DNA from: Methyloceanibacter sp.
GTDB lineage: Bacteria > Pseudomonadota > Alphaproteobacteria > Rhizobiales > Methyloligellaceae
DNA length: 58,886 bases
Assembly (NCBI GenBank): GCA_036397315.1
Contig: DASWJG010000219.1
Coordinates: forward strand, 1 to 58,886
Reading direction: 5' to 3'
Shown here: piece by piece, positions 44,162 to 52,793 of the stretch
How the letters are laid out: the number at the start of each line of letters is the position of its first letter
Numbering within the stretch: position 1 is the stretch's first letter
Notes under the pieces: generated by a model
What the model saw: the letters and a program-made list of their open reading frames with translations, nothing else
The model's database searches: none
Told to the model about the DNA's origin: nothing
Made by a program: the position numbers and the translations under genes

Positions 44162-44866
44162 ATGACCAAGCATGTACCGCCAATGCCCAACCAGGATTTG
44201 ATCTCGCGCTGGCTCGCTTCGTTCCCCGATTTGATGGAGCTCGAAGAGGAGCACCGCGGCGATCTCCTCGGCAGCACAAAATTCAACCGCTTGCGCGGCG
44301 GCGACATCGCCTACCGCCAGGGGCAGGATTGCCAGGCCTATGTCATGTGCATCGAAGGGCAGACGCGCGTGTTCAAGACCTCGGAATCCGGGCGCGAAAT
44401 CCTGCTCTACCAGGTCGGTCCCGGGGAGACCTGCGTGCTCACCACCTCCTGCCTGATGGCCGGAAGCGCCTTCCCGGCAGAGAGTACGGCCGAGACCGAC
44501 GTGCTCCTTGCCGCGCTGCCGGCGAGGGCGTTCCATCGGCTCATGGGCGCCTCCCCGCGCTTCCGCAAATTCGTCCTCGACAATTATGGGGACCTGTTGT
44601 CGAGCCTCATCATGCTCGTGGACGAAGTGGCGTTCGCCAGCCTCGACTTGCGGCTCGCCCGGCGGCTCTTGGCCGAAGCCGACGAGCAAGGCGTGGTGGC
44701 GAAGACCCATCAGCAGCTTGCGCTCGATCTCGGCAGCGTGCGCGAGGTGATCAGCCGCTATCTCGCCGAATGGGAGCGCATGGGCTGGGTGCACGCCTCG
44801 CGCGGCTCGATCGAGGTCAGGAACCGTTCGGCGCTGGCGGGCTATGGCGGGGACGAGGCGACCTGA
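44162..44866 (+). CDS. Crp/Fnr family transcriptional regulator
   Basis: cNMP-binding-like domain (SESGREILLYQVGPGETC) and HTH THQQLALDLGSVREVISRYL; no FNR-type N-terminal Cys cluster. Confidence 0.93.
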   Translation: MTKHVPPMPNQDLISRWLASFPDLMELEEEHRGDLLGSTKFNRLRGGDIAYRQGQDCQAYVMCIEGQTRVFKTSESGREILLYQVGPGETCVLTTSCLMAGSAFPAESTAETDVLLAALPARAFHRLMGASPRFRKFVLDNYGDLLSSLIMLVDEVAFASLDLRLARRLLAEADEQGVVAKTHQQLALDLGSVREVISRYLAEWERMGWVHASRGSIEVRNRSALAGYGGDEAT

Positions 44867-44903
44867 CATGGTGCGCAGGTCTGACCTGGGTGACTTGGGT
44901 TTG

Positions 44904-44919
44904 AGTGACTTGGGTTACA
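44904..44919 (+). promoter_or_regulatory. CRP-like palindromic operator upstream of the YHS-domain gene
   Basis: AGTGA-CTTGGG-TTACA versus TGTGA-N6-TCACA; directly downstream of the Crp/Fnr gene. Confidence 0.55.
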
Positions 44920-44992
44920 GACAAGCGCTTGCGCCCAGCGTAAACAGCGAGCAGAACTAGAAAACCCCCAAACGTCCAAGGAAATCAAGACG

Positions 44993-46057
44993 ATGATAGA
45001 CATTAAAAAATTGGCACGCGCCGCGGCGATAGCGGCGGCTTTGTGCCTTGGCACCGCACTCCCTGCTGCCGCGGCGGAAGATGGCCAGGCGATGACGGCT
45101 GCCCCCGTCAAGGGCGAGTTCGACGATCAATGCGCCATGGGGCTGGCCTCAGGCCAGAACGTCAAAACCGACTGCTCGGTGAATTGGACCGACGCGGACG
45201 GACACGTCTATTGCTTCTCCTCCGAGTCCTCCAAGGAGGCCTTCCTCAAGGACCCGGCCGGCAACCTCAAGAAGGCGCAGGACTTCGTGTCGTCCAAAAA
45301 AGCCGCCGCCGCCATGGGCGCCAAGGACTTCACCGAGGAGGACCTCAAAAAGCGGGTCGATGAGGTGATCGCCGAACGGTCCAAGGACGGCGCCTTCGTG
45401 TACCGCGATGCCAAACTCGACACCGACCTCAACCTCGTCTTCGAGCAGGTCAAGGGCGTGCGCGGCATGGAAGGTTACGGCTGGTTCGCCAACACCATCT
45501 TCCACGATCAAAGCGAGCCCAAGAAGCAATACGCCCTCGACTTCTGGTTCAAGCCCGAAGGCGACAAGCTCACGCTGATGGATATCAGGGTGCAGAAGGG
45601 TCCGAAGCGCGACGGCGACGGCTGGATGATGGTGAGCCGGCTTCCCGTGGCGTGGTGGTGGCTGCCGGTGTCGGAGCATCCTGGTGACGCCGAGGTCGTC
45701 CGCGGCTGGCACGTGATGAGCGCGATCCACAACTACATCGCCACCCACAAGGACGAGAAGGGCAATTTGGCCGTCAAGGACGACAAGACGGGCGAGACTG
45801 TCCCGCTCGAATTCATCGAGATGCACCAGCCGATCCGGCACCTGAAGAAGGATGGCCAGTATTTCGCCTGCACCGACTTCCGCAAGCCCGGCAGCAAGGA
45901 CGAATATTACGACATCGACTTCTGGCTGGACGACAAGACCGGCAAGCTCCAGGTCACCAACGTCAAGATGCACAAGGTCCCGGTGCAGGAGGACGGCATC
46001 TGGACGCAAGTGCCGCGCTACACCTTCGAGGGCATGGATTTCGAGGTCACGAACTAA
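44993..46057 (+). CDS. Secreted protein with N-terminal YHS/TRASH-like domain and two tandem copies of an uncharacterised domain
   Basis: Signal peptide; DDQCAMGL...GHVYCFSSESSKEAFLKDP; internal repeats sharing FAxTxF...YxxDFW...K.P..DG.W..V.R. Confidence 0.85.
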   Translation: MIDIKKLARAAAIAAALCLGTALPAAAAEDGQAMTAAPVKGEFDDQCAMGLASGQNVKTDCSVNWTDADGHVYCFSSESSKEAFLKDPAGNLKKAQDFVSSKKAAAAMGAKDFTEEDLKKRVDEVIAERSKDGAFVYRDAKLDTDLNLVFEQVKGVRGMEGYGWFANTIFHDQSEPKKQYALDFWFKPEGDKLTLMDIRVQKGPKRDGDGWMMVSRLPVAWWWLPVSEHPGDAEVVRGWHVMSAIHNYIATHKDEKGNLAVKDDKTGETVPLEFIEMHQPIRHLKKDGQYFACTDFRKPGSKDEYYDIDFWLDDKTGKLQVTNVKMHKVPVQEDGIWTQVPRYTFEGMDFEVTN

Positions 46058-46088
46058 GCTTGGCACCAAGCTCTGGTGAAGCGCTTTC

Positions 46089-46127
46089 AACGGCGTCCCC
46101 TCGACAAAGGGGACGGCCGTTTCGTTT
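46089..46127 (+). terminator. Rho-independent terminator
   Basis: aacggc-gtcccct-loop-aggggac-g-gccgtt followed by tcgttt. Confidence 0.7.
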
Positions 46128-46134
46128 CCGGCGC

Positions 46135-46148
46135 TTGATTAGGATCAT
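46135..46148 (+). promoter_or_regulatory. FNR/FixK-type box
   Basis: TTGAT-TAGG-ATCAT versus TTGAT-N4-ATCAA; possible -10 (CTATTT) about 22 nt downstream. Confidence 0.6.
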
Positions 46149-46205
46149 GGCGGGCGCGGCTTCCCCGGCCTATTTGCGGCCAAAGAACCACCAAGGAGGT
46201 TGATC

Positions 46206-46904
46206 ATGTTTGCAAGGTCTTTAGGGCTTGCGGGCATAGCGATGCTGATGGCGACCGCATGCGCTTTCGCCGAAACGCCGGGGCATCGGGACCATGGCTC
46301 AATGGGTCAGATGATGTCGCCGCAACAGGAAACAGCAGGAACCGATGACTGCCCCATGATGCGGGGGCACGACATGCACGAGAGGCAGGGGATGATGGGC
46401 GAGCAGGCTCAATCATCGAGTGTGCCCACGCTGCCAGGACAGGATGCCTTCGGTACGATCCAGGAGATCGTGCAAATCCTCGAAGCCGATCCGAAGACCG
46501 ACTGGTCGAAGGTCAATATCGCTGCGTTGCGCGAGCACCTGATCGACATGAATGAAGTGACGCTGCATGCGGTGGCCGACGAGACGGCGCTCGACAACGG
46601 CGTGGAGATCACGGTCACCGGCGAGGGCCGCACGGCCGACGCCGTAAAGCGAATGGTTCCGGCTCATGCCCATGAGCTCAGCGCGTTGGGCTGGAACGCC
46701 ACGACCGAAGACCTGCCGAGCGGCGTGAAGCTTGTGGTTATCAGCGACGACCCTGCTCAAGTAACGAAGCTCAAGGCGCTCGGCTTTATGGGCATCATGG
46801 TCCAGGGGTCGCATCATCAGAGGCATCACGTCATGATGGCCAGGGGCGAGCATCCGGTCGGTGGCGGGGAAGCGGCGCAAAGCGAGCACGACCATGCGCA
46901 CTGA
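46206..46904 (+). CDS. His/Met-rich secreted protein, probably metal-binding
   Basis: RBS AGGAGG; signal peptide; GHRDHGSMGQMM, MMRGHDMH, GQDAFGTIQEIV...LREHLIDM, GSHHQRHHVMMARG and EHDHAH. Confidence 0.85.
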   Translation: MFARSLGLAGIAMLMATACAFAETPGHRDHGSMGQMMSPQQETAGTDDCPMMRGHDMHERQGMMGEQAQSSSVPTLPGQDAFGTIQEIVQILEADPKTDWSKVNIAALREHLIDMNEVTLHAVADETALDNGVEITVTGEGRTADAVKRMVPAHAHELSALGWNATTEDLPSGVKLVVISDDPAQVTKLKALGFMGIMVQGSHHQRHHVMMARGEHPVGGGEAAQSEHDHAH

Positions 46905-46954
46905 GGCGCGCGATGCAGACTAAGCGCAGCTCGTAAAGGTCATAAGTATCGACA

Positions 46955-47722
46955 TTAGGCGGTCGGCGTGCCGTCGCGCGCCGCGAGCAGACGCGCCAGC
47001 GTCTCGCGCGTCGATTGATCGGCGCGGCCGTCGATGCGGGCGGTTCGGAAGTGGCGCTGGAAGGCTTCGACCACCTTCTCCAGGCCTGTGCCGTAGGTGG
47101 AGGTAACCTCGACGCCGTAGCCGAATTCCAGAAGCGCGCGTTGCAGCGCGGCGACGGTTTCGCCTTCGTCGCCCGGGCCGAGGCCCGCGTCACCCTCGAG
47201 CGGGGCGGGCGGGACCCAAAGTCCGATGCCCGCGCGCGCAAGACGCTCCCAGTCGAACTTCTCGCCAGGATCGCGCTTCCTGCCCGGCGCCACGTCGGAA
47301 TGGGCGAGTACGCGGTCGGGCGGGATGGTATGGCGGCTTAGAATATCGAGACACAGCGCCTCGACGGCCCGCATCTGCGCCTCGGGAAAATCCGGGTAGT
47401 CGAAATCGTGGCCGGGATTGTGGATCTCGATGCCGATCGAGCAGGAATTGAGATCGGTCTCGCCCGCCCACCGGCTCTGGCCGGCATGCCAGGCGCGTTC
47501 GGACTCGAGGACGAGCTGCGCGATGCGCCCCTCCTCGTCGACGAGGTAATGGCACGAGACCTCCGACTCTTGCCGCGTCAGCCAGTCGAGCGCGGCCTCC
47601 GCCGACTCCATGCCGGTATAATGCAAAATGAGCATGTCGGGGACGCGGCCGCCAACGCGCGCCTCCACGTTGGGCGAAGGGCACCACAGAGTGGCCAGCG
47701 GACTGTCAGGGGCGGCGGTCAT
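46955..47722 (-). CDS. N-acetylmuramoyl-L-alanine amidase (Amidase_2 plus PG-binding domain, AmpD/AmiD-like)
   Basis: LILHYTGM, VSCHYLV, RAWHAG, NSCSIGIE, AHSDVAPGRKRDPG and AFQRHFR motifs. Confidence 0.94.
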   Translation of the reverse strand: MTAAPDSPLATLWCPSPNVEARVGGRVPDMLILHYTGMESAEAALDWLTRQESEVSCHYLVDEEGRIAQLVLESERAWHAGQSRWAGETDLNSCSIGIEIHNPGHDFDYPDFPEAQMRAVEALCLDILSRHTIPPDRVLAHSDVAPGRKRDPGEKFDWERLARAGIGLWVPPAPLEGDAGLGPGDEGETVAALQRALLEFGYGVEVTSTYGTGLEKVVEAFQRHFRTARIDGRADQSTRETLARLLAARDGTPTA

Positions 47723-47733
47723 TTTTTCTGCGT

Positions 47734-47830
47734 TGTCATTGCCCGGCTTGACCGGGCAATCCAGTAGCCCCGGCTCCAGCAAATAATCCAGGACGGTGGT
47801 TACTGGATTCCCGCTTACGCGGGAATGACA
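47734..47830. repeat. REP-like palindromic element with two dissimilar hairpin arms
   Basis: tgtcattgcccggcttgaccgggcaatccagta ... tactggattcccgcttacgcgggaatgaca; same GTCAT...ATCCAG frame as the element at 26536. Confidence 0.85.
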
Positions 47831-47849
47831 TTAACGGCAGTCGCAAGCG

Positions 47850-48569
47850 CTACATCCCGCGCTCTCTGGCGATCTGGTCGTACGCCTCGTTGATGGTGGC
47901 GACCTTCTCTGTGGCGATGGTGACGAATTCCTTCGGCACGCCACGCGCCATCAGCTTGTCGGGATGATTCTCGGCGACGAGGCGGCGGTAGTGGCTCTTG
48001 AGCTCATCATTACTGACCGAAGGCTTCACGCCGAGCACGTCGTAGGGATTGCGCTTGGCGGCGGTGACGTGACGCGCCTTGATGTAAGCGAACTCGGTGT
48101 CGGTGAGGCCGAAGCGCTTGGCAACGCCGGCCAGGAATTTCTCCTCGCCCGGGTGCAGCGCGTCGTCAGCCTTGGCGATATGGAACAGGCCCTCCAGCAC
48201 ATCCTCGAGCAGCTTGCGGTTGCCTTTGAACATGGTGGCGAGCTGCTCCGCGTAGGCCTCGTAGCCGGCCACGTCCTGCTTGGCGAGATTGAACACACGG
48301 GCGACGTTCTTCATCTCGCCATCGGGCACCTTGAACACTTCCTTGAAGGCGTTGACCTCGTCCATGGTGACGACGCCGTCGGCCTTGGCCATCTTGGCGC
48401 CGAGCGCGATGACGCCCACGGTGAAGGCCACTTGGTTCTCCGCCGGGCCGTCCTCCTCCTTGTCGCGGTCGATGACGTAGTGCCCCGCCACGCCGCCGAG
48501 CAGGGCACCGATCGGGCCCCCGATCGCCAGCCCCGCGGCGGCACCTGCGAGCTTGCCCCAAATCGACAT
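47850..48569 (-). CDS. djlA: DjlA-like co-chaperone (N-terminal TM, TerB-like domain and J domain)
   Basis: GGPIGALLG, VIALGAKMAKADG and NPYDVLGV...ENHPDKL (HPD motif). Confidence 0.9.
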   Translation of the reverse strand: MSIWGKLAGAAAGLAIGGPIGALLGGVAGHYVIDRDKEEDGPAENQVAFTVGVIALGAKMAKADGVVTMDEVNAFKEVFKVPDGEMKNVARVFNLAKQDVAGYEAYAEQLATMFKGNRKLLEDVLEGLFHIAKADDALHPGEEKFLAGVAKRFGLTDTEFAYIKARHVTAAKRNPYDVLGVKPSVSNDELKSHYRRLVAENHPDKLMARGVPKEFVTIATEKVATINEAYDQIARERGM

Positions 48570-48681
48570 TACCGAGTCCCCCAGAGTTCGTTGCTTTGCC
48601 TAGAGCATAAGGACTTTTGGGCGTGGCCGCATGCGGAGAATCGCCCGGCTGCCCCGCGCCCTGTTGCAGCGCGGATTTCGT

Positions 48682-48999
48682 TCAAGAACCGCGGAAATTG
48701 GCCAGGATCGAGAGCTTGGGCTCGTCCACTTCGAGGCCGGCCTTCAGCCGCCGTTCCACATGCCAGGAACGGGCGAAGGTCCACAGCGCAAGCCAGAGGG
48801 TCAGCGCGGCATTGACGGCGCTGCCCATCCAAACGAACGTTGATCCAAGGCCCAACCGCGCGGCGGCCGCGAGGACGCCGGCCTGGAACACGATGCCGAA
48901 CCCGCCGGCGACCACGATGGCCGCGCTGAGCGAGGTGATGAAAATAGTGACTATGTTGCCGCCGTGCCGCGGCGGTTCCTGGGAGACGTCGGTATCCAT
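48682..48999 (-). CDS. Hypothetical small membrane protein
   Basis: About 105 aa with two hydrophobic stretches; fills the gap upstream of djlA. Confidence 0.65.
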   Translation of the reverse strand: MDTDVSQEPPRHGGNIVTIFITSLSAAIVVAGGFGIVFQAGVLAAAARLGLGSTFVWMGSAVNAALTLWLALWTFARSWHVERRLKAGLEVDEPKLSILANFRGS

Positions 49000-49098
49000 G
49001 CTCTTCACTTGAGACTGCAAAGCTTGGCTCTAATAGCGAGCGGCGGCCCCCGCGACAAGGGCGAGATGCGCGTCACATTAACGGGGGCCTGCACGGCC

Positions 49099-49392
49099 TC
49101 AAACCATCTTGGCCAGGATCCCGCTCATTTCCTCGAAGGAGAAGGCGCGCAGGATCTCCGACCGAACATTGCCGAGCGAGGAGGCACTGAAGGCGAGCGC
49201 GGTGGCGCTCTCATCGTCAGGCGCTTCGAACACCGCAATGACATCGTAACGACCAATCGTCCAGCACAGTACTTTGATGGTTGCGCCGCTCTTCTTGGCC
49301 ATCTCTTTGAAGGCATCGGCCCGGCCGATCGTGTCCTTGATCTTGCGCATGCCCTGATCTGTGAAGTTAACGAGCAAAATGTAGGTCTGCAT
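49099..49392 (-). CDS. GYD domain-containing protein
   Basis: YILLVNFTDQG...WTIGRYDVIAVFEAPDDE...GNVRSEILRAF; RBS GAGGAG. Confidence 0.9.
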   Translation of the reverse strand: MQTYILLVNFTDQGMRKIKDTIGRADAFKEMAKKSGATIKVLCWTIGRYDVIAVFEAPDDESATALAFSASSLGNVRSEILRAFSFEEMSGILAKMV

Positions 49393-49457
49393 TTTGATGC
49401 TCCTCACCAGTCATGATGGGACGTCGACGACAGTTGAGTTAGCACTCCTGGGTGCAA

Positions 49458-50867
49458 TCAGGCGAAGATCAGCTTGAGCAGGAAGGCCGTGGCAATGACG
49501 GTAACCGCGGCATTGATCTCGCTGAAGCGCCCGGCAAGCGCTTTCAGCGCCACATAGGCGATGAAGCCGAGCCCGATCCCCGTGGCGATCGAGTAGCTCA
49601 AAGGCATCATCAGCACGATGATCAGCGCCGGGATGTAATCGGTCGGATCGTCCCAGCTGAGCGCGCCGAGACTCGCGGCCATGAGGAAGGCGACGAAGAG
49701 GAGCGCCGGCGCCGTCGCGTAAAGCGGCACGGTCTGCGCCAGCGGCGCAAGGAACAGAGCAAGCAGGAAGAACGCCGCCACGAAGATGGCGGTAAGCCCG
49801 GTGCGGCCTCCTTCCTCGACCCCTGCTGCGCTCTCGATATAGGCCGTGGTGGTCGAGGTGCCGAGCGCGGCGCCGAATGCGGCCGCGCCCGAGTCGGCGA
49901 GAAGTGCCTGGCGAAGCCGCGGCAAGCGCCCTTGTTTGTCGAGGAACCCCGCCTGGCGCGCCACGCCAATGAGAGTCCCCGCCGTGTCGAGGATAGTCAC
50001 CAGGAGGAGCGTGAGCACGATGGCGACGAGCCCGAGTTGCAAGGCATTGGGGAGATCCATCTTGAGGAAGGTCGGCGCGAGCGAAGGCGGGGCGGCGAAG
50101 ACCCCGTGCCAGGGCTCGAGTCCGAGCGCCACTGCGGCCACCGTGACGGCGAGCACGCCGATGATGATGGCACCCGGCATCTTGCGCACGGCGAGTGCCG
50201 CGATGAGCAGGAACCCTGCCGCGGCGAGCCAAGCTTGCGGCTTGGAGAGATCGCCGAGGGTGACGAGGGTGGCCGGATCGTCGGCGACGACGCCGGCATT
50301 CTGAAGCGCGATGAGCGCTAGGAAAAACCCGATGCCGGCCGCGATGCCGAGCTTCAGGCTCATGGGAATGGCATCGATCAGCCAGGCGCGCAAAGGCGAC
50401 AGCGAGAGGGCGAAGAACAGCACGCCGGAGACGAACACGAGAGCAAGCGCAAGTTGCCAGTTGCCTTGAAGCTCCGGCACGACGGTGAAAGCGAAATAGG
50501 CGTTGAGCCCCATGCCGGGGGCGAGCGCGATGGGGTAGTTCGCGTAGAGTCCCATGATGAGGGAGCCTGCCGCCGCGGCGAGGCAGGTGGCGACGAATAC
50601 GGCGCCATGGTCCATCCCCGCCTTCTCAAGGATCGCCGGGTTGACGAACATGATGTAGGCCATGGTGAGGAAGGTGGCGAGCCCGGCGCGGAGCTCGGTT
50701 CCGACGCTCGATCCCACGGCGGAAACGCCGAAGAAGCGGTCAAGCGGACCGCCTGCCGCTGTCGCGACGGGCTTGACTGGCATGGGCGACGGCTCAGCGG
50801 ATTGCGGCCTGCTTCCTTTCCGCTTCGCGGTCGCCATCCCGGCCTCTCCCACCTTTCCCCTTGCCAT
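49458..50867 (-). CDS. NCS2 family nucleobase permease (AzgA/guanine-hypoxanthine type); start uncertain
   Basis: ELRAGLATFLTMAYIMFVNP, ALAPGMGLNAYF, DTAGTL and YIESAAGVEEGGRTGLTA motifs. Confidence 0.94.
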   Translation of the reverse strand: MARGKVGEAGMATAKRKGSRPQSAEPSPMPVKPVATAAGGPLDRFFGVSAVGSSVGTELRAGLATFLTMAYIMFVNPAILEKAGMDHGAVFVATCLAAAAGSLIMGLYANYPIALAPGMGLNAYFAFTVVPELQGNWQLALALVFVSGVLFFALSLSPLRAWLIDAIPMSLKLGIAAGIGFFLALIALQNAGVVADDPATLVTLGDLSKPQAWLAAAGFLLIAALAVRKMPGAIIIGVLAVTVAAVALGLEPWHGVFAAPPSLAPTFLKMDLPNALQLGLVAIVLTLLLVTILDTAGTLIGVARQAGFLDKQGRLPRLRQALLADSGAAAFGAALGTSTTTAYIESAAGVEEGGRTGLTAIFVAAFFLLALFLAPLAQTVPLYATAPALLFVAFLMAASLGALSWDDPTDYIPALIIVLMMPLSYSIATGIGLGFIAYVALKALAGRFSEINAAVTVIATAFLLKLIFA

Positions 50868-50919
50868 ACTCCGCGATTACGGAATGCTTACGCAGTCCTG
50901 GCAATGGGAAGCGTCGCGC

Positions 50920-50928
50920 TTATCCACA
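50920..50928 (+). promoter_or_regulatory. Consensus DnaA box in a divergent promoter region
   Basis: TTATCCACA exact match, single copy. Confidence 0.45.
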
Positions 50929-50958
50929 CCTGTCGGGCGAGCGAGAGGTTCCCTGCCC

Positions 50959-52767
50959 ATGACCCCGAGCCGGCTTCTTCTCATCGCGCTCACCTTGTGG
51001 GGGCTGGTGATGATTGTCCCCGATCTCATCAGGGTTGCGCAGCCGCTCGGCTCCTTCGGCTTCTATGCCAACAATGACGGACTGATCTACGACGTCGCCG
51101 GGCCTTTCGACGAGGAGACCGAGTCGCCCGCCTGGAAGGCGGGCATACGGCCTGGCGACCGGCTCGATCTATCGCGCCTCAGATGCAGCCTTCAGGACCT
51201 CGCGACGTGCGGATATGCGCTGGCTGCGCTCGGCGGGGTGGAATACGCCCTACCAGGGCGCCAGGCCGTCATTCCGCTTGCCGCGAGGCATGGGCAACAG
51301 GTGCGGGAGGTGACGCTCGTTGCCGCGCAGCGGCCGTCCAACTTCGTCGTCCGCGCGGTGCTGCTTCTCGACCAGATTGCCGGGATAGCGGTGGTCATCG
51401 CGGCGGCGTGGCTGGTGTGGACACGGCCCAGCGCGATGAGCTGGGGTTTCTTCCTCTACGTGAATTGGTTCAACCCGGGTCAGGCTTACGCCTTCTACGC
51501 GATTCTGCAGCAATGGCCCCTGCTGCTGCTTGCGCAAGACGTTGCCGGTTGCTTCGCGCAGGCTGCCGGCTATGCGGGACTCATTCTTTTCGTGTTGCGT
51601 GCGCCTAACGACGAAACAGAACCGCGATGGCGTCCCGTCGAGCGTGCTCTGCCCTTCCTCGCCCTGATCTTCGCGCTCGCACTGGTTGCGTCCTACGGGA
51701 ATGTGCTGGGGTACCGCACCGAGACGGTGACGCAGGCCGGCATCATCGCCGGCTTCCCGGTTGCCCTGTGTGCGTTCGGCATCCTTTTGGCCCGGCGTCA
51801 CACGCAGAGGCCGGAAGATTATCAGCGGCTGCGTTGGGTGATCTGGGGCTGTCTGATCGGCTTGCCGGCGTTCCTCCTCGCCGAGCTCGCCTCGGAGACG
51901 ACATTCTTCGAAACGCGGTGGGGAGACTTCACGCCAACCGAGGACATTATCGGGCTGCTTTATCTCGTGAATGGCATCCTTTGCCTGTTCGTGTTCGAGG
52001 CGATAAGGCGCCCGCGTGTCGTCAGCGTCATGATTCCGCTGCGCCGGGTGACAATTCTCGGTCTCACCTTGAGCCTTCCCGTGCTGCTGCTGCACCATGA
52101 GGTGGAGCGCATCCAGGAACATCTTCCGGCTTGGGCTTGGCTGGTGATCGGCGCCGTAGCCATTTTTCTCATCACGCGTCTGCATGAAGGCGCCGTGCAT
52201 CTCGCCGATCGCTATTTCAATCGGGCGCTGGACGCGGCCGAGCTGGAGTTAGAGGGGGCAATCCTCAAAGCCAAAGGGGCGGGGGAGATTGATCGTCTTC
52301 TGGCGCAGGAGCCATTTCAGCGACTCAATCTGACCTCCGCCGCCTCGTTTCGCCGGGACGGACAAAGGTTCGTAAGGGGCGAAAGCGCCAAGGGCTGGGA
52401 CGGCGTCTCGGCAAGCGCGCTCGACGTTGACACGCCGTTGCTTGGCCCGGTCTCCGGCGGGACGCCGTTCAGCGTTCCCGATGTGGAGGAAGATGGACCG
52501 GAGCTGCCGCAAGGACTCGCCCGCCCGGTTCTCGGCGTGCCGGCTGCCAGTCCCGTGCGCTGCTTTGCCGTGTCGCTCTACGGGCCGCATGCATCCGGCA
52601 CCGACCTAGACGCCAATGAGCGCGCCATGCTTGCAAGACTCGCCGCCAGTGCCGCGGCTATGTATGCCGAGCTTGAGAACAGCGAGTTGCGCGGCACGAT
52701 CGCGCGGCTCGAACGCAAATTGTCGAAGGGAAAATCGCCGTCGAGCACTGGCGGGACCTCGCGCTAG
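50959..52767 (+). CDS. Multi-pass membrane protein with periplasmic PDZ-like domain and C-terminal GAF-like domain plus coiled coil
   Basis: SPAWKAGIRPGDRL (PDZ signature), about 8-10 TM helices, LADRYFNR, and LYGPHASGTDLDANERAMLARLAASAA (GAF-like end). Confidence 0.8.
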   Translation: MTPSRLLLIALTLWGLVMIVPDLIRVAQPLGSFGFYANNDGLIYDVAGPFDEETESPAWKAGIRPGDRLDLSRLRCSLQDLATCGYALAALGGVEYALPGRQAVIPLAARHGQQVREVTLVAAQRPSNFVVRAVLLLDQIAGIAVVIAAAWLVWTRPSAMSWGFFLYVNWFNPGQAYAFYAILQQWPLLLLAQDVAGCFAQAAGYAGLILFVLRAPNDETEPRWRPVERALPFLALIFALALVASYGNVLGYRTETVTQAGIIAGFPVALCAFGILLARRHTQRPEDYQRLRWVIWGCLIGLPAFLLAELASETTFFETRWGDFTPTEDIIGLLYLVNGILCLFVFEAIRRPRVVSVMIPLRRVTILGLTLSLPVLLLHHEVERIQEHLPAWAWLVIGAVAIFLITRLHEGAVHLADRYFNRALDAAELELEGAILKAKGAGEIDRLLAQEPFQRLNLTSAASFRRDGQRFVRGESAKGWDGVSASALDVDTPLLGPVSGGTPFSVPDVEEDGPELPQGLARPVLGVPAASPVRCFAVSLYGPHASGTDLDANERAMLARLAASAAAMYAELENSELRGTIARLERKLSKGKSPSSTGGTSR

Positions 52768-52793
52768 GCCGGCGTCACAGGCAGGGAGAACGC

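Noticed and set aside
49439-49457. TTAGCACTC, the left half of a CIRCE element, upstream of the GYD gene
   Set aside because: The right half GAGTGCTAA is absent at the required 9-nt spacing
50662-50958. 99-aa N-terminal extension of the membrane sensor ORF
   Set aside because: It overlaps the divergent NCS2 gene; the hydrophobic N-terminus begins at ATG 50959
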